Below, piece after piece: positions 20,892-31,273 of a DNA stretch of 64,000 bases. Where the stretch lies: NCBI GenBank assembly GCA_000002445.1, contig CH464491.1:1728001-1792000 (forward strand), in the 5' to 3' direction. Origin of the DNA: Trypanosoma brucei (taxonomy: Eukaryota). The notes below the pieces were generated by a model. That model made no database searches. It was given only the letters and a program-made list of their open reading frames with translations, and was not told the origin of the DNA. A program made the position numbers and the translations under genes. The first letter of the stretch is position 1. The number at the start of each line of letters is the position of its first letter.

Positions 20892-21746
20892 TCAAAAAAA
20901 GCCATTATCGTCACCGCTGCCCTCTGGCCCATCCAAGTCTCCACCATCGTCGTCGTCATCAATCCTGTAAGAGAGCGATGCCTCGTCATCGTCCTTGTCA
21001 TATCCAGCATCTCCCTCTTCCTCACGAATGTCCCCCTCTGCCCGCTTTGGTTGCACAGGGCCACGAGGTTTCTGCTCATCTTCCTCGGTCAGTTGTTTCT
21101 TGATTTTGCGAGCATCTTGAGGTTCCTCACCTATGTTGTAAACAAATACTTTAGCACCCCGTCGCATCGGTTTCACCAGGCGCTTTCGCTTAACTGGTCG
21201 AATCCTCAGGTGATCCATGGCAGTGCTAGACAACTCACACTTCGGAACACCGTAGCATCGAAGTTCGTTCGGGAGATTCAAGACCTCCTCCCACAATCGC
21301 AACTTTTGAGCAGTGGCCCCGCTCCTAGGTGATGCATCGTTTCCCACATACGTTTCGCTTCTTTCCTCTGTGCCAACACACAACAAAGCGGGGTAATGCA
21401 AAAGATTTAGCATTTCGTTACCGGACGCGATAATATCGAAAGCCCGCGCCTCAGCTGAACACTGATTGACATCAACAAAGCAGCCCACAAAATCACGGAG
21501 TAATGGCGGCGACTTCTTACACATAACGGAAACGCCGGCATCTGAAGTCACATCCCTCCCCCGCAAATCACCGACACCATCATCAATACTGGGTCCAACA
21601 ATAACCGACGTGTTTGCAAGGACACCACTGGAAGGTACAGTGTAGTAGTGGTAAACACGAGGTGGGTAAAGGGCTGTTGTGTAGCTATTAATAGCACCAG
21701 GTTGCTGTACCTTGTCTAGACGTCCCCTACGAAAACCAGTGCGCAT
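20892..21746 (-). CDS. hypothetical protein with strongly acidic C-terminal tail (284 aa)
   Basis: ATG confirmed. I recognise no domain. The C-terminus is Asp/Glu-rich (DKDDDEASLSYRIDDDDDGGDLDGPEGSGDDNGFF). It is in the correct orientation within the gene array and has tight spacing of about 240 nt to its neighbours. Confidence 0.45.
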   Translation of the reverse strand: MRTGFRRGRLDKVQQPGAINSYTTALYPPRVYHYYTVPSSGVLANTSVIVGPSIDDGVGDLRGRDVTSDAGVSVMCKKSPPLLRDFVGCFVDVNQCSAEARAFDIIASGNEMLNLLHYPALLCVGTEERSETYVGNDASPRSGATAQKLRLWEEVLNLPNELRCYGVPKCELSSTAMDHLRIRPVKRKRLVKPMRRGAKVFVYNIGEEPQDARKIKKQLTEEDEQKPRGPVQPKRAEGDIREEEGDAGYDKDDDEASLSYRIDDDDDGGDLDGPEGSGDDNGFF

Positions 21747-24149
21747 TCCTGGTAAAGTCAGCTATTCTAAAACAGTGAAGAAACAAACAGAGACGATGAA
21801 AGCGTTCTTCTTGCTCAGGCATGTGTAAAGAGCCACTCTTGTGGTACGTAACGGTACGTGGCAGGTGCCGGACCCGTACGGTATCAACTTCAGAGGCAGC
21901 ATGTTGTAAGCAACTACCGAATTAAAAAGTCATCGACACAAGCTGGTGATTCGTCCCCCCCCTCCTATTTTAAATTTTCTCGAGCTCCGAATCGTGCGTT
22001 AAGTGTCCCGAAGGTAATAACTAGCGGCGTGGTACCCAAGTGCAAGTTGAGCTCTCAAGTTCCACGCTCATGGAACTGAACTGGGGGCAGCATATGTCCT
22101 CGTACTTCGCTGATAACAACGGCAGTAACAGTTTAAACGTCACACATCGACGTTCTCCCGAGCGGCATTGGACAAAGAACTAAGAACTCGCACGTTCTAG
22201 CACGAGTAAATGGCACGGCTGCTTGCACAACCTTTAAAAAAAACGAAATAAAGTTACCAAAACGACATTAAAGGGGAAATGCAGTAACCCCAATGATATG
22301 ATATAACGGATAGTTTTGCTCCCTTCTCATGCGCGTGCGTAGGTACAGCAACAAAACGTTGTGAGCACCGTTGCGCCCTTTACGACACATCATCAGCATG
22401 TTTCATATAATGTAACAACAGATGAAAGAAACTTCCATCAATCCAGAGAGTCACAGCGATACGTGCAGAAAAGAAATCGAACGATATTTCAATTTGCTTC
22501 CAAACGAAATATGTCTTCATGTTACGCGTGTCTTTGTGTGTGTGTGAAAGCAAATTTGGAATGCAGTCAGTGATCAAAACTATGGATATGACCCCAAACC
22601 TGTCGAGGAGCAAAACTGTAACCCATCTACGGAAACGTGCGTCAACCATAGTGCCGGCATCGAAGATAAAAAGAGGGGTATTGACGCCTCCCTTCAAGTA
22701 GCGTGTTAGTCACAAACCGTAAATACCAACAACGACTATCCATCGGGACCTCCGTTCTTACATTACAGTACATAACTACGCGTGAGCACATCGACGTATT
22801 TGGCGGTTTTCTTGTGAGCAATCAAACACGAGAACTACCGGTGACATTACTGATCAAAAACTCTCGTGACTTCCATAACCAGTCACAATGTTAACCACTG
22901 GTCATTTTTACACAACACCAGCGACCAGTAGGCGTGATAAGATTGTACACGCGAAGGTCGACTGACGGCAGCCACAGTGGCAGTTTAGCAAATTTCAGAA
23001 TTTTTTTTACATTCGAGGTTGTCCTTTGCTTCGGCGAAACTAATCGCTCCAAGACAATATTCCTCACATGACATAATTCAGCACAATAAGCGCGGTACTT
23101 AACCCCAAGAAAAGTCAAACAGGCCATACCGTCATCAGAAACGATATATCGTGGGCGTTCAACTGAAAATAAATAACTTCGACCGCAAATACATGGTTTT
23201 ACCATCAGAACTCTCGAAGAGAAAAAACTTAATGGGGACACGACCCTACAATAAACAAATTACGAAGGATATCGAGGCAAGATCACACTTATCAAACACT
23301 AAAAATACTTCCAGCCTTCCCTTCACTTAAAGACAGTAAATTCTTACATTGCGCTATACAGTCCTAGTTAGTAAGAAATTGCTCCCACAGAATTAATCCA
23401 GAACGCATCGGTCGTTAGCAAATCGTTCCGACGGTAGATAAGGTCAAACGAGTCTTCGTTCCAGTACTTAACAAGGGGAAAACTTTTACTCAAAATGCGC
23501 TTTCTATTCGCCATCATGCGGCTCTGTCATGGCGTCACCGGCCCGACATACTCTCATCAAAAAGTGTAAACGAGAGAAGGGGAAACAGATCAGAGGGGGA
23601 AAAGATAAAAGCAACGACCTACAAGCAACAAAATAATTATTACTCCCTCACCAAGCACTTACCCCTATAAAAATTGAGCAGGGACAAACAATCCCGTGTA
23701 TGTTAGACAGAACCAATAGTTAAGAAACCAAGCACAACAAAAAGAAGAGTAGAACGAACATGCCCCTCGGTACCTCCAGAGCATTCCTCCTCCCCTCAGT
23801 TCCTCGGTAGCGCACCGCTGAATTAGCAAAAATACGTCAGCATGGAAAGAAAATGAGTCCCAGGGATAACTACCCACCACACACCCACTACAATGCCGCA
23901 GACAACAAAATATTTAAGTGGTGAAGCGCCACATGCACCTAGAAAAATGTGCGCGGGATAGTATTAACACTTCCAGTCCCTCCGTTACATGACATTACAT
24001 GCTCACGAGCGCAACAAGCCTTGTAAGCCACAAAGAGTGACGCCGACAGGAATTAATCCTGTGTTGAACCCTCTTATTCAAGAAAAAGAAAAATCGAGCA
24101 GGGCTGTACGACATTAGGAAACAATATTGAAACAAAGACGCCAATGACC

Positions 24150-24150
<1 letters not shown>

Positions 24151-24192
<42 letters not shown>
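24151..24192. repeat. (AC)21 dinucleotide microsatellite
   Basis: Directly visible. An uninterrupted acac... run sits in the intergenic region 3' of the 24543..25961 gene. Confidence 0.95.
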
Positions 24193-24195
<3 letters not shown>

Positions 24196-24542
24196 TCTCA
24201 TCACTCTCTTGGATGGCCCATACGTAGGAAAGTAGCCTCCAGATATCCTTCCCCACAGCAAAGAAAAAGGAATTAGGCAAATTCGGATATGTAGGAGCCT
24301 TCGAGATAATCAGTGGCTAAACAAAAAAAACTAGGACTATCAACGACTAATAGTGCAAAAGAATGCAAAGGACAAGAGAAGGCAACGGCATATATCCACG
24401 AAACCGAGTAAGATGTATACGTATGTGACCATATACATTCTCGTTTTCATCGGAGAGGGTCAACCAAACCGGAGGGAGAAATGTGACAAAAAATATTGAA
24501 GTAAGAACAGAGAAGTGTTGTTGTGATTAGTAGAAAAGTAGA

Positions 24543-25961
24543 TTATTTACGCCGGTGAGAACGAACAGAAGGGTCACGACGGCGACTTCGTCGCCGACTA
24601 CCGCGACGTCGTTCTCTGCTCGTTCTACGGTGCTTTTCCCGACTTCTTCTCCGCACACTTCGCTCTCGGCTCCGCGAGCGAGCCCTCCGCCCACGTGGGG
24701 GTAGTGACACATGTCTCATGACGCATTCGCTCCGTGTGCACCGACCCCTCATAAAATCTCTGCAAATTTGCCGTTCCTTGGGGACAACAGAAAGTTTCCT
24801 CTCTTGCTCTCGTTTCTCGCTACAGTCCTTTTCGGTATGACCGCTCACATAACAGAAGGTGCATGTCGGCTCATGACCTCCATTTCCCGTCGCAGGTATA
24901 GCATCACTGAGCTTGTTTGTCATCAGCTTTTCGATACCTTTTGGAGGTTTCCCCGGCGGTGGTTTGGGAATGGGACCGCTTCTCTTCTTAACGCTGATAG
25001 TTACACGTGTCCCATTTGAAAGGGCGTATTCTTCGGTAGGATTAATAAAGAAGCGGACTTCGGTGGGCTCATCGGCATCAACATGTTGCACCACTTCGGT
25101 TTCGACGGGTTCAGCACCAATAAGCTTCAACAGTTCTTCGGGCGAAGCTTCTTCAGGGGATTCTTCAAAACCCTCGTTGTTTACGTTACTTTCACCAAAG
25201 GTACTTTCGTCTTGCACCTGTTTCAGTAGAACTTCCCCTCCGGGTCTCGCCCCCGCCTCAGGTGCAGATGGATTTACCGTTTCCGGACCCTGACGAAGCA
25301 TCTGCTGGTGCTGTCGTTCTTGCTGCGCTTGCTGCTGCTGAATTTCATCTTCAGCGTCTGCAACACGCCTCAACGCCTCTAGTGCCTCTTTAGCCTGCTG
25401 TTCTTCGGCTTCTCTTGTCGCTTGACGAATTAATTGTCTAGCCTCTCTTTGCGTTTGTAAACGTTGGTTCCACCTTAAGAACATAGGGTGCTCTGCTGAC
25501 AAAAAGCCGTATCTTGGTGTAGTCCGCAGCAGCTCATTGACGTCAATGCAAGAATCGCCGTTCTCGTTAAAATTCTTTTCTTCCTCATTTAATATATTTG
25601 CCAATAATTCGGACATGGCCGCAGTCGATTGGAGTTTAATCACTAACGTCAGAAGCTGGGCCGCGATATCTTCAAAATCTGCGCGACTTCCAACGAACTG
25701 GTTGTTGACGGCAATAATCATATAATGAAGTGGTATGTTAGATTTTGCCGCAGGTGAACCAACCTCAGTTGACAAGACCTCAGCATCTTCCGTTAGTTTC
25801 AGTCCCAGTGCTGACAGAGGTTCACTTGCATATTGCCTCTCAACACGCCTAAGTATTACCCCATCCCCATCAGGGGGTGCGTTATTGTCAATTGCAGCTG
25901 ATGTTGTCCTCCCTGACTTAAGTTTCTCGAGGAACGATTTCGCGGATCCAGTCCCCTGCAT
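24543..25961 (-). CDS. putative RNA-binding protein: PDZ-like N-terminal region, CCHC zinc knuckle, CCCH zinc finger and Arg/Ser-rich (RS) C-terminal tail (472 aa)
   Basis: ATG confirmed. The N-terminal PDZ-like pattern is GDGVILRRV...LGLKL...GSPAA...LHYMIIAVNNQFVGS. There is a CCHC knuckle, CTFCYVSGHTEKDC (C-x2-C-x4-H-x4-C). There is a CCCH finger, CRDFMRGRCTRSECVMRH (C-x7-C-x4-C-x3-H). The tail is SRSRERSVRRRSREKHRRTSRERRRGSRRRSRRRD. Confidence 0.6.
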   Translation of the reverse strand: MQGTGSAKSFLEKLKSGRTTSAAIDNNAPPDGDGVILRRVERQYASEPLSALGLKLTEDAEVLSTEVGSPAAKSNIPLHYMIIAVNNQFVGSRADFEDIAAQLLTLVIKLQSTAAMSELLANILNEEEKNFNENGDSCIDVNELLRTTPRYGFLSAEHPMFLRWNQRLQTQREARQLIRQATREAEEQQAKEALEALRRVADAEDEIQQQQAQQERQHQQMLRQGPETVNPSAPEAGARPGGEVLLKQVQDESTFGESNVNNEGFEESPEEASPEELLKLIGAEPVETEVVQHVDADEPTEVRFFINPTEEYALSNGTRVTISVKKRSGPIPKPPPGKPPKGIEKLMTNKLSDAIPATGNGGHEPTCTFCYVSGHTEKDCSEKREQERKLSVVPKERQICRDFMRGRCTRSECVMRHVSLPPRGRRARSRSRERSVRRRSREKHRRTSRERRRGSRRRSRRRDPSVRSHRRK

Positions 25962-28900
25962 CGCCTATATCAATACAAGAAAAATGAAGGAAAACAATCG
26001 GGACAGACTCAAAAAAAAAAAAACTACAGCTATTGACAAATGGCAACCCCGAACAGCAAGAATAACGGGCCAAATTCAAGCAGATCTGTGAAGGGATTTG
26101 CGAACTAAAGAGACAGCAGCCACAACAAATTAGAGAGGAACGACTGTTCAGGTTCTAGAGGAAACAAATAAAAAATGTGGAAGACACCATAATTTGGTTG
26201 AAAACGCACGTCAAATAGGCATCAAAACGTCTTAACTCTCAGGAAAAAAAAGAGAAAGACGGAAGCAACTTTCACTAACGGATGATTCAACTAGTACGAA
26301 GAAATATGTGCAAAAAAAATCTGCTGAAGGCGCCCCGGTGTTTTCTTTCCACCATCGCACGACACCGAGTCCGGCAGCGTACAACAAAAAAAAAATGGAA
26401 CCACACGGGCGAACCCGCAACGGCTCATTCAGGTAAGCAGTCGCCGTGAACAAGTCGCAAATACCATCACTACCATCAACCCTTTGTCTCAGCCTAACGC
26501 GTCTCCGGGAGGGGTCCGGAGAAATCGAATAGATGAACGAACCGCTGGAACGAACTCGTGCTTTTAATGCGACACATCGCCATGCATGTTTCGCATCCAC
26601 CACGCGTAACATGAGACTTCTACGCGCATACTCCGTAAACACAAAGAACGCTGATAACGGGCCCATTGAACCATCAACCTCTCTTCCCAACCCGAACCGG
26701 CGAGCATCGAGGAAGTATCAACGGCTCCACTGCCGAACGGTAGGGGTCACTCCCTTTGTTTTGTGCCCCCGGACCGATCCATCCGTATCTCAAGCCAAGA
26801 AGAAAAAACACGACAAGGGCTCTGCGTTATACAAAACTGGCATCGGAGAAAAATACATACGGCGCGCCCAAATATGAAAGCGGTCCTTTCCCCCTGACCA
26901 CCGGTCCCGGAGCCGACGCCACCAAGCCACCTGTTAGATGCCAAAGTAGCACATTCACCCCCCCCCCCGGCTTTTTTGATGGATCTTCATTGAGAGCCAC
27001 CAGTGGCAAAATGGGAGGCGCCCGGGGGACCGGCAAGTAAATAACAGCGTTCCGGCAAGACGCGGCTGGCCTCAATGCTGTATCATGCTGCCGCCCAGGC
27101 TCAACGGCGTTCCCTAGGTGAAAAGGGCAGCCAGTCCCCCAACCGCCCCGCAAAAAAACACAGAGCCACATCGAGGGACCCGATATCACGACGCACTTCA
27201 CACGGTAGCCGCATACGATCGGCGAACCACCACGGTTGATCGATTTTATGAGGACGCCGCCAACCCTCATTCCAAAAGCGAAGATGCCATCCGATCTCCC
27301 CTTCAGCAAAAGTATCTGGCGACCCGCTTCCAGCAAGACTATGCAGTTTTATCCGATGTGGGCGCATTACGGAACGGTAACCCGATAAAACATTTGCTCT
27401 TGTGATGAGAACGTCCCGTTCGTAAGAACCGGAACGGGCAACACCAACTGACAATGAAAAAGACATGCAATACGTAAAGCAGTGAGCGAGTTTTTTAAAA
27501 AAAACGGGGGGGTGAAACAGAATAGAATGGCAGTTTGCCCATGTTTCTGTGCTTCCCTCCTTGCGTCCAGTGCTCGAGGTCGGGGACCATTTTGCCCTCA
27601 AGACGCTGCAGCGCATGAAAGTGATAATATTTCCTTAGGGAGTGTGGCGCGTTTCATGACGACATTTTGTGGGACCTGGGGGTTGCAGGAAGGGGAACCA
27701 CTGGAAAACGCGGGCAACAGAATCCCATAAATGGACGACAGGGAAATTAACCGTGGGGCCGGCATCAACTGGTCCCCTGAAGCTCCGGATGTTTACCGGG
27801 ATCCCCCCTAAGGAATGAGCAAGTTGGAGACTTTTTAAGCAAAAGAAGTGGGGCCACCCTCCACGACGGCACCAGCATTCTTCACGAGGTTATACGGAAA
27901 TCGCATGGTGGTGTAAGAGGGGTGTGGGAAAACAATCAAAAATGTGCGACGCACATAAAGCAACGGATTGAAAAGCTGCAGCACATCCTAAAGCATTCGA
28001 CTCGTGAAATCAGATGCGTTCCCCAGAAGCAACGCCTCCGAGAGCGCATAAATCACGAACAAGAAACTCCCCCGGTGAGACAAGACAAAGTACAGGTTAG
28101 GAAAAGAATGGTGAAGAAGCGAGGCTGGACGGCGGTCCTGCTAGGTGGACTATGGCGATTTCCGGCCCATTCGACACCGGGTGGAGTATGCCGACCACCT
28201 TTGAAAAATACGTCGATGGTGTCCACGAATCTTGGAGGGGGAACAATCGGGTGGACCCCGCGAAGGCGCCCTCTTTTTCATTCTTTAGGTGACGGGCCAC
28301 CTCTTGTTGACATTTCCGAAACTATGAGAAGGGCGCCGCCCATGGAACTCCCTTGAGAAACTGCGAGAAGTCTTCTAGGAGGATCGCCGGTACGCCCCAC
28401 CTTTACGATACCGAGAGCGGCGTCGGAGCCAAAGGTGAGCAACTCGAAACCTCGTTGCCGCCTCCGCGATGTCGCCCACCCACCCCCTAACAAAAAAACA
28501 GCGGCGCATATCGCCTCAAGGGTCGACTTAACCGCAGGTCGCCCTCTCGAAGAGGCGATACGCAATCCACGTGCTTACGAACGACACCGGCGGAATTCGC
28601 ATACGGTTCTTGCAGCGATAACGCATCTCTGCCAGCCGATCAAAGCAAAATTGGGAGGGGGAAACATGCACACATTCCCCTGATGCTCGAATTTCTCTCC
28701 TCCCCAGCCAGGGGCGCTACCCGTCTGTTTTCACACGGTGGGAGCAATTTCTACCATAAGATCAAATTATGGCGGCAGGTGGGGGAAGCGTCCCCGTGTG
28801 ATGCAGTGGGCAGGCGTTTGCATCCACACATGGTAGCGTCGTCAAGTTTCAACGGCTCGCCCGTGAAAGGATAGAGGAGTTACTTGAGAGCTGCTTAGGG

Positions 28901-29989
28901 AAAAGGAAACCATGAGAAAGAGGGTACAGAATACGGAAAAGCCAGAGCTGGGCTCCGAAGTGCGACAGAAAGAGGTTTCACACCAACTCCGAAAGGTGAC
29001 GGGTGGGCCTTCATTGGACTAAGAATGCCGCGAGTGCTGACAAAAGTAAGACAGGCCCGAACGAATTGGTAGAAGGTAAAGAAAGCAAACCACCTTACGG
29101 CATTACAAAAGTGTATGCTTGCTCGACTTGCGGGGATGGTGTATTTGTCGCGGTTTTCGCAACGCAGAAGCGGATTGCTTCCGCCGCGCTTTGGGAGTGC
29201 CAAACGCAGCAAAGGCAACATGGAAAAGGAGAGTGGCCGTGGGTTTGGTTTCTGGGAACAGGAGAGGCAAGGGTTTTCCGTGGCGTAGGCGGGGAGAAGG
29301 AGGGGACCGAACCTGGGGGTTTGAGATTTAGTGAGCACTTTGAGGATGAAAAATGTCGTTTTACGTTGGGCTGGGGGTCACCTGACACCTCAACGGGTAG
29401 CGATGACTACACTTCCAGCCAGTGTGCACCGATACGATTTGGCACGGCGCCGTTCAGGAGAGTTACACAAATGCCCTCTTCCTCTGGCGGTGGGAAGAGA
29501 GGCCGATCCTCGGAAGGCCTTCGGGGGCGCATGTAGCGGTTCCTTCATATTTTTCTCTTGTTCCCTCCGCACGAGCTAGCAACCATGTATCTGCGTCGTT
29601 GCATCCCCCACCAACCTACGTTCACCCACCGTGGCCTCAAAGGAACGGACCGTACGGATACCAGTCAGCGGAGATCGCAGCGCTCAGCAAGCCATCAAGT
29701 CTTTAGCACATGCCACCGCGTCGAAGTGGGATAAAGAGAACTCGGTCACAAGTGTTTGCGCCACGCAAAACGCTCCCACATATTTGATCGCCTATCCTAC
29801 CATACACTTCCAGACCGCCCCTTCCGGCTTCAAGAATGCACCGCATGGGGAAAAGGCTGAATAGAGAGACGAAAGCAGTGGAAATTGCCCCTAAAGGACC
29901 GAAAACGCACCAAGCGATGCAGACTGGGCGCATAGATAATTTGAACAACACCGCGACAGAGATCAGTGTGTCACTGCCAAATTGGAAAG

Positions 29990-30790
29990 TCAAAACTTTG
30001 CCAAGTTTTCAGCAATCTCCTTATCTAACAAGAACGAAACGTTCCCCTCACAACCCCGAAGGAAGCGAGCAACGGGAGCTTTATGGGCGGTGTCCGCCAG
30101 TATGCCATCAACAACCCATTTCTTCTCTGCACCCGTCGCAAGTACGATGACATTACGCGCTTGCATAATCGTTGCTGGCGACAGCGTGACACGCCACACC
30201 TTCGGCTTCATGGTTTCGCTGGGGAATCCTACGCTGACAACCACCTTTCCGTCTGTCTCCTTTTCAGCCTGGCTTCCTGGGAAAATGGAGGCCGTGTGGC
30301 CATCAGACCCCAAACCCAAGAGTACGACATCAAAGACGGGAACTTTCGCTCCCGCTTCTCCCACACTCTTCAGGGGAAGAAGCGAGGCAAGTTGCTTTCC
30401 GTACGCCTCAGCCACCCTCATGGCGTCAGCAGATGTCGCCTCTGCCGAAGGCGTGACGGCGCTGGTGTCGAAAGGAAAAACGAGGTCGTCGGGGATGTCG
30501 TGAAGAAGGACTTCCCTCGCCATGTTGTAGTTGGAATCGGTGGAGTCGGCGGGGACCATCCGCTCATCTCCCATAAAAAAACGCAGCGCGCGCTTCTCCC
30601 TAAGCAAATTAAGGTGCTCATCATGCAGCCGCGCGTAGGTCATCTTTGGCGTGGAACCACCCGCAAGGGCGATGGACAAAGGCCATTGTTGGCTCCCTGA
30701 AGTCTCTATGATTTCCACTATCTTTCGACACCCTGCAGCAGAGAGCTCCTGAGGCGTCGCGTGAACGCTGATGGTTGGCTTGAATGACAT
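29990..30790 (-). CDS. 6PGL: 6-phosphogluconolactonase (266 aa), C-terminal -AKF
   Basis: ATG confirmed. It is a NagB/6PGL-fold enzyme with the motifs IALAGGSTP and VVLLGLGSDGHTASIFPGS. Its 266-aa length and AKF C-terminus match what I recall of the structurally characterised T. brucei 6PGL. Confidence 0.9.
   Translation of the reverse strand: MSFKPTISVHATPQELSAAGCRKIVEIIETSGSQQWPLSIALAGGSTPKMTYARLHDEHLNLLREKRALRFFMGDERMVPADSTDSNYNMAREVLLHDIPDDLVFPFDTSAVTPSAEATSADAMRVAEAYGKQLASLLPLKSVGEAGAKVPVFDVVLLGLGSDGHTASIFPGSQAEKETDGKVVVSVGFPSETMKPKVWRVTLSPATIMQARNVIVLATGAEKKWVVDGILADTAHKAPVARFLRGCEGNVSFLLDKEIAENLAKF
29993..30001 (-). other. PTS1-like C-terminal tripeptide -AKF on 6PGL
   Basis: The codons for A-K-F lie immediately 5' of the stop at 29990-29992 on the minus strand. 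This is a non-canonical PTS1-like ending (F instead of L/M). The pentose-phosphate enzymes of trypanosomes are partly glycosomal. Confidence 0.5.
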
Positions 30791-31273
30791 ATTATGATGT
30801 ATGGTTCTGCTTTATCTTCGTGATGGCACAATGCAGGTGCATACAAAAGAGGGAAGGGGAAACATGCTAGTTTTGAAGAAAAGGAAGTTGGGGATCTACA
30901 AACACAAACATTTCTGACTAAGTCTCCTCATGCGTCGAAAAAGCATACTGCACCGCTTTTTTTTTTTTGATTACCACAGACATGCGGCAGATGCCGCGCC
31001 GAAGCGAAGTTTCTGCGGTATGGGGAGCGCACACCGCAAGGCGTATAGCCCAGCCACGTCAACTCTCGCCCCTTTGCGACCCCCAAACGATGCACACAAT
31101 GGAAAGAATTTCACACACATATACGCATGCTTACACAATATTCACGTCCGTAATCCCCCGACCTATTGTCATTTTTTGCGGCTCAATATCCCTCTCCGCC
31201 AACAAAACGTGACCTCAGGGGTTAAGCATACGAAATTTTCAAAAAGCATAGGGCGGCGGAAGTTGCGAGGATT

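Noticed and set aside
22891-23241. 116-codon minus-strand ORF in the 2.8-kb gap
   Set aside because: It has no motif and is short. It was treated as background, though it overlaps the weak snoRNA candidate.
27408-27455. Plus-strand GTGATGA ... 7-bp hairpin (cccgttc/gaacggg) ... CTGA arrangement resembling a C/D snoRNA
   Set aside because: It is on the non-transcribed strand of the unit. The box spacing of about 40 nt is short, and a central hairpin is not a C/D feature. This is most likely chance.
26827-27616. Two overlapping minus-strand ORFs (169 and 171 codons) in different frames inside the 4-kb gap, considered as a possible frameshifted gene
   Set aside because: Neither translation shows any motif or sensible composition. 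ORFs of similar length occur on the plus strand in the same region, as expected for GC-rich non-coding sequence. I kept the region as a finding but did not call a pseudogene.
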